From an uncultured candidate division Zixibacteria bacterium (GTDB lineage: Bacteria > Zixibacteria > MSB-5A5 > GN15 > FEB-12): a stretch of 64,000 bases of DNA. Both the position numbers and the translations under genes were made by a program. Location of the stretch: assembly GCA_963806185.1 (NCBI GenBank), contig CAWDXE010000004.1:64001-128000 (forward strand). Reading direction: 5' to 3'. Below the pieces are notes generated by a model. It saw nothing but the letters and a program-made list of their open reading frames with translations, made no database searches and was not told the origin of the DNA. Shown here one piece after another: positions 19,778-28,694 of this stretch; positions within the stretch are counted from its first letter, which is position 1; every line of letters begins with the position of its first letter.

Positions 19778-22438
19778 TTACGGTATGACCACCAGCTTGC
19801 CCCAGCGTTCCTCGCCGGATGCCATTGTGACCCTGAAGTAGTATACTCCCACGGCGGCCACATCACCTTTTCCGTTTTTCCCATCCCAGGTGCGACCCTG
19901 GCCGTCATTGTTGGGATATATGCCTGCCGCGTAGAAAACATTGTCGATCGGTCGCGCTACCAGATTCATCGCAAAATCATAAATCTCCAGCGTGACATTT
20001 CCGTCGCTCGGCACCACAAAATGGAAATCAAGTACCTGTCCCTCCTGCGGCGAGAAGGGGACCGGGAAGGCATACACCTGATCTTTCGGCGTCGTCGAAT
20101 CGACGACCGTATACAACTGCCCGGTCAAAGCGCCCAGGTTCAGCCGCACCGTTCCGTCGTCGGTCCCAACCCACAGGAAACTGTCCACCACTTCAACGGC
20201 GTAGACCGCCGACCCCGGATTGACCAGCGATACACCATCGCCGTTGACCAGTGCCACCGTATCCCACTCCTGCAGCGTGTCTCCGGCGATTGAATACGGC
20301 TCCGGCATCTTGTGTCTGAGCAATCCGACATTGGCCGCCGCAAACACCAGCGAATCCTTAAAGGCGAAGTTCCAGGCGTAATCGCCCCGGTACATCTCTT
20401 TCCACTTCATCCGCTCGTTTCCGAGTGAATCGGTCACGTACCGCCCCACCGAGATACCGTTGGTGCCGAACGAGACCGGTCGCCCTGATGCCCACACGCG
20501 CGCCGGACCGCTCGACATCGGCTGCACCGCCAGCGCCGGCATGAAGTCACCGGTAAGGCCGTACTCCTCGTTTTCAAAATCAGCCGTATTGAGCGCCGTG
20601 AAGTTCACGACTACATCCGCCTTCAGCGTATCGAAACTCGGCACAAACATGCGGAACGATTGCGCCCCGTTCGGCGAAATCGCCAGCGCGTTGTCACTCC
20701 CGACCACCACCGTATCGCCGCGTACTTCCATCACCCGAATCGTATCCCCATCCATTGACACGCCGGCGTCCAGACTGTCGTAGAGGGAGAAGATGACCGA
20801 CGGATTCCGGCCGTTCGTCGAGTAGCGAAGTCCCTCGCTGCCGACCGCAAACGCCGTGTCACCGACAAAATTCACGTCAAATGTTATCGCCCCTACTTGC
20901 AGCTTCTGCCAAGTACCGGTCAGCGTGACGACCGTGTCCGGAAGACCATCCGGCGGCGTTGTCGTGTCTGCAATCGTGGTATCAATATTGGCCTTCAAAC
21001 GGCCGACCATCGGCGTACCCGGTCCGGTCAACGGTCGATGCGCCGTCCAGAAGGCGACTGAATCCAAACCACCCAGTGAATCGGTCATCACCTGCGGTCG
21101 AATTCTGATCACTCGTGACGCCGAACTGTCGCCTTCGCCAAACGGGAAATTCGTTCGATCGATGATGCTTCCGTCAGCGCGTAACCTCAGGAAAGAAACG
21201 CCGGTGTCAGTTCCAACCGCGAGAAAGTCTTCATATCTGTTTACCGCGTTTACTTTGTTGATGGCCAGCCCCGCATTGCTGGAATCAATCAGCAGGCGCG
21301 ACCAGTTCGCTCCGGAATCAGAGGATACCATCAGCCCGGACGCTTCCTCAGCCAGATAGAGGCGGTCACCCATGCGAAGTATGTCACTGATATTGTGCGT
21401 CGAATCGTTGATGTGCGGTAGGGAAGAGGCAACGAAGCTATCGCCGATATCGGTAGACACCGCCAATCCGGTCGATGCTCCATTATCGTCGGCTGTTCCC
21501 ACAAATACCTTGCCGAACGCGCTTGCCACCGCCGTAATCGTCGTCCCCGGCAGACCATCATAATCAAATCGCGATATGAACGGTCCGCCCACCGTGCGAC
21601 CGCGGCTGAAAGCCTTATGACCGCCGATAAACAGGGGAGTCCCTCCGGCAACCGTGCAGGTATCGCAAAAATCAAGCGCCGCCGGACTTTTCACGCCGAA
21701 TTTCTCTCGCTTCGGTACGTGAACATACTGAAAGACGCCGCCCGCCGTGCCGGCCCAGAGGAAAACCGAATCCGGGTGTGACTTGTCCGCCGCGCAGGAA
21801 AACAGCAAGTTGCGATACGAAGGCGCCTCGGTCGTGGTATTATATTGTATTGAATCGTCAATCGAGGCATAAACTCGGCGCCACGAATCTCCGTTATCCT
21901 GTGACGCCAGCAGCCCGCCGGCAAACGATCCAAACCAGAGCCAGTGATTGATACGTCCCTCGCTGGTCGTGTCGACCAACCCGGTGACGTCATACACCAC
22001 GCGATCCCCACCCCAAACGTATGGAATGTTAAGACCACTGCTCCCGAAATTCACCTGCGTCCAGGTCTTGCCGGTATCATCCGAATACGACACGCCGTCC
22101 GACAGCGTGAAATTCTGACCGGATATGACCCCCATATGGCTGCTGCCTATCCACATCCGACCTTCCTGGGCATACAATGCGGATATGTTCTCGCTGATCA
22201 AGCCGGTGGCGATATTCATCCTCGCCCACGAAATGCCGGCATCAGCCGAAACATTCAATCCCTTGCCGGTCGCCAGCCAGATACGGTCGGCAAAGTTCAG
22301 CCCGTCAATGGCCGAATTGGTGAGATACCCGGAATCAGACGGTGTCTGCAGTTCCCAGGTTACAGCCGGGCCGGCGGATACCGACGATGCGAGAATGACC
22401 CCACATCCAATTAACAGCGGAATTAGTTTGGAAATCAC
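19778..22438 (-). CDS. Secreted beta-propeller protein with C-terminal FlgD-Ig domain (PorZ-like architecture)
   Basis: Asp-box repeats (SADAGISW, SDDTGKTW, SQDNGDSW, STDIGDSF, SSDSGANW); C-terminus VYAFPVPFSP..LEIYD..WDGKNGKG....GVYYFRV..GKLVVIP. Confidence 0.75.
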   Translation of the reverse strand: MISKLIPLLIGCGVILASSVSAGPAVTWELQTPSDSGYLTNSAIDGLNFADRIWLATGKGLNVSADAGISWARMNIATGLISENISALYAQEGRMWIGSSHMGVISGQNFTLSDGVSYSDDTGKTWTQVNFGSSGLNIPYVWGGDRVVYDVTGLVDTTSEGRINHWLWFGSFAGGLLASQDNGDSWRRVYASIDDSIQYNTTTEAPSYRNLLFSCAADKSHPDSVFLWAGTAGGVFQYVHVPKREKFGVKSPAALDFCDTCTVAGGTPLFIGGHKAFSRGRTVGGPFISRFDYDGLPGTTITAVASAFGKVFVGTADDNGASTGLAVSTDIGDSFVASSLPHINDSTHNISDILRMGDRLYLAEEASGLMVSSDSGANWSRLLIDSSNAGLAINKVNAVNRYEDFLAVGTDTGVSFLRLRADGSIIDRTNFPFGEGDSSASRVIRIRPQVMTDSLGGLDSVAFWTAHRPLTGPGTPMVGRLKANIDTTIADTTTPPDGLPDTVVTLTGTWQKLQVGAITFDVNFVGDTAFAVGSEGLRYSTNGRNPSVIFSLYDSLDAGVSMDGDTIRVMEVRGDTVVVGSDNALAISPNGAQSFRMFVPSFDTLKADVVVNFTALNTADFENEEYGLTGDFMPALAVQPMSSGPARVWASGRPVSFGTNGISVGRYVTDSLGNERMKWKEMYRGDYAWNFAFKDSLVFAAANVGLLRHKMPEPYSIAGDTLQEWDTVALVNGDGVSLVNPGSAVYAVEVVDSFLWVGTDDGTVRLNLGALTGQLYTVVDSTTPKDQVYAFPVPFSPQEGQVLDFHFVVPSDGNVTLEIYDFAMNLVARPIDNVFYAAGIYPNNDGQGRTWDGKNGKGDVAAVGVYYFRVTMASGEERWGKLVVIP

Positions 22439-22724
22439 CAGAACTCCTCGATAGGTGAGTGTTCGCTGATCATATGCTGAAGAGCTTCATCCTGACGTGA
22501 ATTGTATGAGGAAAGAGCACGTCTGATCAGATGCCCCGTCGTTACTTGCTTGCATGGCGCCCCAACATAAGCAAATCGGCCATCTCTGGCAAGGCAAATA
22601 GACCGGCTCGCTTCTGCCCGCTGCGTTCCGCCTCCTCTCCGTCAAATAAGGGATTGACTTCATCTTCCACTGCCAACTATTATGGTTATAACATTTGCCC
22701 GTACTTCTAATATGGATTGATCTC

Positions 22725-24593
22725 ATGTTGCCACGAATGCTCATTCTTGCGGCTATCGTCGGTCTAGTCTCGTTTGCTGTTCTCCTGCCCGGATGCGACA
22801 AACTCGTGACCGAAGTAAACAATATTATCGTCGTCGATTCCACCCTCGGTGCCGCTTGCGTCAAGTGTCACACCGATGCCAATGATTCCCTGATCATCGT
22901 GCCCAAAATGCAGTGGGCCAATTCGGCGCACGCATCCGCCCGGTATATCGAAGCCGCGGTGAGGATCGACGATTCGACATTCTTCACCGCCTCCTGCGGG
23001 CCGGTGTGCCATTCCGGCAACGGATTCGTCGATTCCATCGAATACGACCGCTCGCCGCTCAACGCCCAGCCCTCGGTGATTAACTGCTACACCTGCCATT
23101 TGCCCCATACCGGCAAGTACGGCAGCTGGGATCTCGACTCGCTGCGCGGTCAGTTTGACCCGCTCATTATGCGCAATCTTCACCCGTACGGTTACGGCCA
23201 TTCCACCCTTTGCGCCGTCTGCCATCAGGCGATGAACCCGCCGCCCACCGGAACCTCGGACATCGTCCTTACGCCCGCCTGGGGTCCGCATGTCTCCCCG
23301 CAGGCCGACATCTATTCCGCCAAGGGCGGATATCAGTTTGGCATGGCCCTCGACTCCGGCGCTCATACCGCCTCGGTCATGAAGGACGGATGCATCAAGT
23401 GCCACTTTGGTACCGGTCAGGGTAACGATTTTGGTGAACATACTTTCCGTCTCCAGTACGATCCGCCGCAGGATACCACGCCCTATCTGGCCAACTGCAA
23501 TGTGGGAACCTGCCACTCAAGCCATCCCGTCACGGACTTCTACAATTTCGACTCCGCTTCCGTTATTCAGAATTACCTCGATACCCTGCGCTACGAGTTG
23601 GAAGTATTCGGCGCTCTTGATTCTACCGACGGAAGCGGCACGAAGATCAATATTGATTCCACAATTTCGAGCCGAACGGCGCAATTGCTCTATAATTATC
23701 TGCTCGTCCGGATGGATGGAACCCGCGGTTTGCACAATCCCCGGTTTGTATCGAAATTGTTACACGAATCTGTGATTCGCATCGATTCCATTCCGCCTCA
23801 GGCCCGCTACGTTGCCACGACTGATACGACCGGTTGCGCCCCGCTGACCGTGACATTTCAGAACACCTCCCGCGGCAAGTACGACTCTCTGAAGTGGGAC
23901 TTCGGCGATAATACCACCGATAGCGTGGCGATGCCGACACACCTCTATGATACCGCCGGCGTCTTCACCGTGAAACTGACCATCTACGGTCCCGGCGGCA
24001 CGAGCGCCTTCACTCGCCCCGGCAAAGTCTTGTCCGGCGGCGTGCCCGTTGCCCAAATTGGCATTCCGAATCTCGCCGGTTGTAAACCGACGTTCGATCT
24101 CGTGTTAGTGGATTCAACCGTCGGCCTGGTCGACAGCGTTCTGTGGAATATTAACGGTACGTTGACCAGCAGGGAAAGGACAGTCACTGTGCCGCTCACG
24201 ACCTTGGGCAAACAACCGCTTGATCTCAGCCTCATCATATGGAATGAGTGTGGCGCCGACACCGCCTATCGTGTCGACACGGCTTTGGTCGACACGCTGC
24301 CCACCGCAACATTTACCGTTTCTGATTCCGTCTCCGCCATTGCGCCGTTGCTGGTGACCTTCACCAATACGACCGATTCCTCGCGAGGTATTGACTCGGT
24401 TGTCTGGAACCTGGGCGGCGCGCGCGTCAAGGGTTGGGAGCCGACCAATCCTTATTCGTTGGGACAAGGCGTCTGGCCCTGTTTCATGACCGTATATAAC
24501 CGCTGCGGAAGCGACGTGTCCGAGACCATTTCGATCAGAGTCGCACAGACGGCATCGAAACGTGAAGAAGCGATCATCGAGTCACGGAAGTAG
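22725..24593 (+). CDS. Multiheme cytochrome c lipoprotein with C-terminal PKD domains
   Basis: Lipobox LLPGC; CVKCH, CYTCH, CAVCH, CIKCH plus CGPVCH and CNVGTCH; PKD motif WDFGD....PTHLY...GVFTVKLT; upstream TTGACT-N18-TATTAT. Confidence 0.85.
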   Translation: MLPRMLILAAIVGLVSFAVLLPGCDKLVTEVNNIIVVDSTLGAACVKCHTDANDSLIIVPKMQWANSAHASARYIEAAVRIDDSTFFTASCGPVCHSGNGFVDSIEYDRSPLNAQPSVINCYTCHLPHTGKYGSWDLDSLRGQFDPLIMRNLHPYGYGHSTLCAVCHQAMNPPPTGTSDIVLTPAWGPHVSPQADIYSAKGGYQFGMALDSGAHTASVMKDGCIKCHFGTGQGNDFGEHTFRLQYDPPQDTTPYLANCNVGTCHSSHPVTDFYNFDSASVIQNYLDTLRYELEVFGALDSTDGSGTKINIDSTISSRTAQLLYNYLLVRMDGTRGLHNPRFVSKLLHESVIRIDSIPPQARYVATTDTTGCAPLTVTFQNTSRGKYDSLKWDFGDNTTDSVAMPTHLYDTAGVFTVKLTIYGPGGTSAFTRPGKVLSGGVPVAQIGIPNLAGCKPTFDLVLVDSTVGLVDSVLWNINGTLTSRERTVTVPLTTLGKQPLDLSLIIWNECGADTAYRVDTALVDTLPTATFTVSDSVSAIAPLLVTFTNTTDSSRGIDSVVWNLGGARVKGWEPTNPYSLGQGVWPCFMTVYNRCGSDVSETISIRVAQTASKREEAIIESRK

Positions 24594-24615
24594 ACTCGGC
24601 TCAAAGAGCAACGAA

Positions 24616-24649
24616 AAGCGCCGCCGGTTGTGTGTAACCGGCGGCGCTT
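24616..24649. terminator. Bidirectional terminator between convergent genes
   Basis: 14-bp perfect stem AAGCGCCGCCGGTT/AACCGGCGGCGCTT. Confidence 0.8.
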
Positions 24650-24672
24650 CTCTATCGAAAGGAATCTTCAGA

Positions 24673-25074
24673 TCATGCGCGATACGTCGACATGATCACG
24701 ATATTGACGATCTCCAGCAACCGTTCGCACGAAAACGGCTTCTTGATAAACATGTCGCCGCCCGACTTGAACGAACGCCCCATGTCATCATTACGGTCCT
24801 TTCCGGTCAGGAAAATGACCGGTACATGAGCCAACGCCGGATCCTGCTTCAACTCCTGGCAGACACTGTACCCGTCGACGCCTGGCATCATGATATCAAG
24901 CAGGACTACGTCCGGCTTGAAACCTTTGGCTTTCGGTATGGCGTTTTTGGGATTGTTCTCGACCTCAACCTTGTAGCCCGACTCGGTTAAGAAGGTCTGA
25001 ACGATATCAGTGATTTCCGGTTCGTCATCGACGACCAGAACTCTGGCTGTTTGTACTTTGATCTTATATGACAC
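24673..25074 (-). CDS. Single-domain response regulator
   Basis: VLVVDDE, LLDIMMPGVDG, IFLTG, KKPF. Confidence 0.92.
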   Translation of the reverse strand: MSYKIKVQTARVLVVDDEPEITDIVQTFLTESGYKVEVENNPKNAIPKAKGFKPDVVLLDIMMPGVDGYSVCQELKQDPALAHVPVIFLTGKDRNDDMGRSFKSGGDMFIKKPFSCERLLEIVNIVIMSTYRA

Positions 25075-25166
25075 GTCGGTTTTCCTGGCTCGTTATCAGC
25101 CCATGACTCTTATAGTTACTATATCGGTAGCGGTAGAGACTTTCTTAACTCGGACTTCTGCCTCGA

Positions 25167-25553
25167 TCATACGGACTGCAGGGCCAGGTCCACCAAGTCC
25201 TGCAACTGCTTGGCTCCGAACGGCTTCTTGACGTAGGTCAGTCCTCCGGCATGGAACGATCGCCCCCCGTCTTCCTGTGGGCTTCGGCCAGTCAAAAATA
25301 TGACCGGGACATGCTTCAACTGCGGTATCTGTTTCAGCCGCTGCGTAGTATCGTACCCGTCACCATCCGGCATCGTGATGTCCATGAGCACGAGATTCGG
25401 CAGCATCGACTCGGCCAGGCTGAGGGCTTCTGACCGGTATGAGCGACCGCGACTTCATACCCCCGTTTCGTGAGAAGCGCCGATATGAGTGACGTCACTG
25501 ACGGTTCATCGTCCACCACTAGAATCCGCTTGGCTGACTTCTGTGATTTTGCA
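25167..25553 (-). CDS. Single-domain response regulator (frameshift near 25430; start uncertain)
   Basis: KRILVVDDEP... in one frame, LMDITMPDGDG..IFLTG..KKPF in another. Confidence 0.8.
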
Positions 25554-25736
25554 CAGCAACGTTTCCTGGGTCTTGTTGATCATGTTTGATTTCTTAGCTC
25601 GATGCGGGCTATATCCCCTTGTAGTCAGTCTATCGGCACACTTGGATACTGTTTAGTCTTGCCGTCCGCGAAACTGTCACCCGGCTCCCACCGTTTTATC
25701 GTTGCACCTTCGCCCAAATGGAATATCCTCCGCACC

Positions 25737-26213
25737 ATGACCGAGCCCAAAAAGGAAGAGCTTCATTACATCGCCCGCAATCGAAAGGCGCGTCACGATT
25801 ACGAAATCGTTGACACCTTTGAGGCCGGTATTGAGCTTCGCGGAAGTGAGGTCAAGTCGTTGCGAGAGGGGAAGATAAATCTCTCGGATGCTTACGCGAC
25901 CATTGACGCCGGGCAGGTTATTCTCAAACATCTGCATATTACCCCGTATAAGATGGCGATGGAACAGCTTGACCCGACACGGGACCGCCGCCTACTTATG
26001 CATAGGCGTGAAATTCGCAAACTCGAGGCTAAGATCGAGCAGCAAGGGATGACCATGGTCCCGCTCGCCGTCTACTTCAAAGGACGGCGCGCCAAAATTG
26101 AACTGGGACTCGGCATCGGCCGTAGAAAGTTCGACAAACGCCAGGCGATTGCGAAAGAAGAAGCGAAACGCACTATCAGTCGCGCCATTCGCCGCGAGGC
26201 CAAACGAGGGTAA
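25737..26213 (+). CDS. smpB: SsrA-binding protein SmpB
   Basis: NRKARHDY, EAGIELRGSEVKSLR, RRLLMHRREI, FDKRQAI. Confidence 0.97.
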   Translation: MTEPKKEELHYIARNRKARHDYEIVDTFEAGIELRGSEVKSLREGKINLSDAYATIDAGQVILKHLHITPYKMAMEQLDPTRDRRLLMHRREIRKLEAKIEQQGMTMVPLAVYFKGRRAKIELGLGIGRRKFDKRQAIAKEEAKRTISRAIRREAKRG

Positions 26214-27749
26214 ATGACGATGATCCGTTCATATAGAATCTGCCTCTTTCTGCTAGCCCTTACGCTGATCCTGAGTCTGTGCTCAGTCTACGGCGAGACA
26301 ATGTCCATTCCCATCGCCGGTTCGAACGAAGAGATCAGCTCATTCGACAGCAACAACACCCAATACCTGTCGCTTTCCGAGTTGGCCGACCGCTTGGATA
26401 GCCGCCTTGACTGGGGCGTCGTCGGCCAGGAAGTCACTTTTGCCGATCCTGGACTCGCCTTCACTCTGGTGATTAATTCACCCTACTTCCGTTTTCGCGA
26501 CTCGCTTTACAACATGGTCTATCCGGCCGTCATGCGTGAGGGTCAGCTTTTTGTCCCGGCCGAAACGTTTCTTCCCTTCATGCAGCAGGCTACACCCAAA
26601 CTGGCCGCCTGGACTGCCCGCACGCGGCCCGGCCGTAACGATTCCCGCGGCTCGAGCACTTCGGATAGAAGTGCCTCGGTCAAGGACATCACCTTCTCGC
26701 CTCGAGCCAACGGTCTGCTCATTCAGATCGCGCTCTCGGATGAACTCTCCTACGACGCCTTCATCACTACCGGCAATTGGCTGAATATCTCCATCCGCAA
26801 CGGCAAGCTCGATCAGGACCGGATCCTGTCTCGCAAAGACGATCGCCTCATGTACGATCTAAAAACCTACCAGGAAGGCGCTACCGGTCAGATTTCCGTT
26901 CGCTTGCGCACCGACGTCAAGAACTGGACACACAAGTTCGTCAACGATCCTCCCCGAATCCAGATCTCCATCGCCGACACTAAATTTCGCATCGATTCCG
27001 CCACCGCCGCCGCCACCATCGGCAAGCCGCGCCCCGGAATCGGACCGGATAATAAGATCGACGTCATTGTGGTCGACGCCGGTCACGGCGGTGTCGACTA
27101 CGGCGCCATCGGCCCCAACGGCGCGAGGGAAAAGGATGTCGTCCTTGCCATCGCCAAGGAACTGACCCGTCAGCTCAAGAAACAGGACGGTCTCGAGGTC
27201 ATCATGACCCGCGACAACGACAAGTACATTCCACTCCCGGAACGCGCGGAAATCGCCAACCGCGCAAAGGCCGACCTGTTTGTGTCGATTCATGCCAACG
27301 CCAATCCGAAAAAATCCGTCAAAGGGTGGAATGTCTTTTTCCTGGCCCCGGCAAAAAACGACTCTGCCCGCGCCGTCGAACAACTGGAAAACAGCTACTA
27401 CCTCCGCGAGGCGGCCGCTGAGTCGGAACAGGACGCCGGCTCGCCTGACGCCGTCGTGAGTATCCTCAATGAAATGATCATGACCGAATTTCAGGCCGAG
27501 TCCCATGACTTCGCTCTGATGATCGATAAGGAACTGCGCCGCGCGCTAGATACCCCCGCTCGCGGCGTCGATCAGGCCGGCTTCGTCGTGCTCAACAAAG
27601 TCTTTACCCCTTCTGTGCTCGTCGAAACAGCTTTCATTTCCAACCCACAGGAAGAGAAACTTCTTCGGGATAAAACTTATCAAGCGCAGGTGGCGGCTGC
27701 CATCACCAAGGCCATCCTGCAGTTCAAAGACAAATTCGAGAGCCAGTGA
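26214..27749 (+). CDS. N-acetylmuramoyl-L-alanine amidase (Amidase_3)
   Basis: Signal peptide; VDAGHGG, EKDVVL, SIHANA, SVLVETAFISN. Confidence 0.93.
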   Translation: MTMIRSYRICLFLLALTLILSLCSVYGETMSIPIAGSNEEISSFDSNNTQYLSLSELADRLDSRLDWGVVGQEVTFADPGLAFTLVINSPYFRFRDSLYNMVYPAVMREGQLFVPAETFLPFMQQATPKLAAWTARTRPGRNDSRGSSTSDRSASVKDITFSPRANGLLIQIALSDELSYDAFITTGNWLNISIRNGKLDQDRILSRKDDRLMYDLKTYQEGATGQISVRLRTDVKNWTHKFVNDPPRIQISIADTKFRIDSATAAATIGKPRPGIGPDNKIDVIVVDAGHGGVDYGAIGPNGAREKDVVLAIAKELTRQLKKQDGLEVIMTRDNDKYIPLPERAEIANRAKADLFVSIHANANPKKSVKGWNVFFLAPAKNDSARAVEQLENSYYLREAAAESEQDAGSPDAVVSILNEMIMTEFQAESHDFALMIDKELRRALDTPARGVDQAGFVVLNKVFTPSVLVETAFISNPQEEKLLRDKTYQAQVAAAITKAILQFKDKFESQ

Positions 27750-27778
27750 CAATGGCCCAAACAGCGTAAGGAACTCCG

Positions 27779-28633
27779 ATGGATGCACCAATCGGCATCT
27801 TTGATTCCGGCGTCGGCGGATTGACTGTCGCCCGTGAGATATTTACCATCCTTCCCCACGAGAACGTCATCTATTTCGGCGACGTCGGCCGGTATCCCTA
27901 CGGCGGGCGCTCCCGCGAAATCATCACCCGTTTCACCATTCAGGATATCGCCTTTCTGCAGGAACATAAGGTGAAGTACATCATCTGCGCCTGCAATACC
28001 GTGTCGGCAGTCGCGCTCGACGAGGTAGGCCCGAACTACCCGCTTCCCATCATCGGCGTTATTCGTCCCGGCGCCCAGGCTGCCGTCGAACGAACCAAAT
28101 CCGGCCGCATCGGCGTCATCGGCACCCACGCCACGATCAATTCCAACACCTACGCCCGCACCATCCACGACCTCAACCCCGATATCAAGGTCTTCTCGCT
28201 CGCCTGCCCGCTCTTTGTCCCGCTGGCCGAGGAAGGGTACATCGACAAGGAAGCCACCTACCTGATCGCGAAGGACTATCTGCAAACCATGCACGATGTC
28301 GATGTTGATACCCTCATCCTCGGCTGCACCCATTATCCCTTATTGAAACAGGTGATTGCCGATGTGATGGGGGAGAAGGTGACACTCATTGACAGCGGCG
28401 AGGAAACCGCTCGCGCCGCCAAGCGCGCCATGACTGCCGCCGGTCTTATTGCTGAACAGCCGGCCGGTAAGCCGAAATTCCAGGCCGATCACAAGTTTTT
28501 CGTCTCCGACGTTCCGGAGAAGTTCTCGCAGGTGGCGACCCGCTTCCTCGGACGCGTCGTCGACCGGATCACCCGCGTGGATATCAGCCGCTACGCCGTC
28601 GAGCGGTTCCCCAATACCGTGCAGGATGCGTGA
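27779..28633 (+). CDS. murI: Glutamate racemase
   Basis: FDSGVGGLTV, ACNT, LGCTHYP. Confidence 0.97.
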   Translation: MDAPIGIFDSGVGGLTVAREIFTILPHENVIYFGDVGRYPYGGRSREIITRFTIQDIAFLQEHKVKYIICACNTVSAVALDEVGPNYPLPIIGVIRPGAQAAVERTKSGRIGVIGTHATINSNTYARTIHDLNPDIKVFSLACPLFVPLAEEGYIDKEATYLIAKDYLQTMHDVDVDTLILGCTHYPLLKQVIADVMGEKVTLIDSGEETARAAKRAMTAAGLIAEQPAGKPKFQADHKFFVSDVPEKFSQVATRFLGRVVDRITRVDISRYAVERFPNTVQDA

Positions 28634-28694
28634 TCAGTCGACTTGCCCAAAATATCTGATTGACTCCGGGCCTCAGATTCCTCAACCTTAACTC

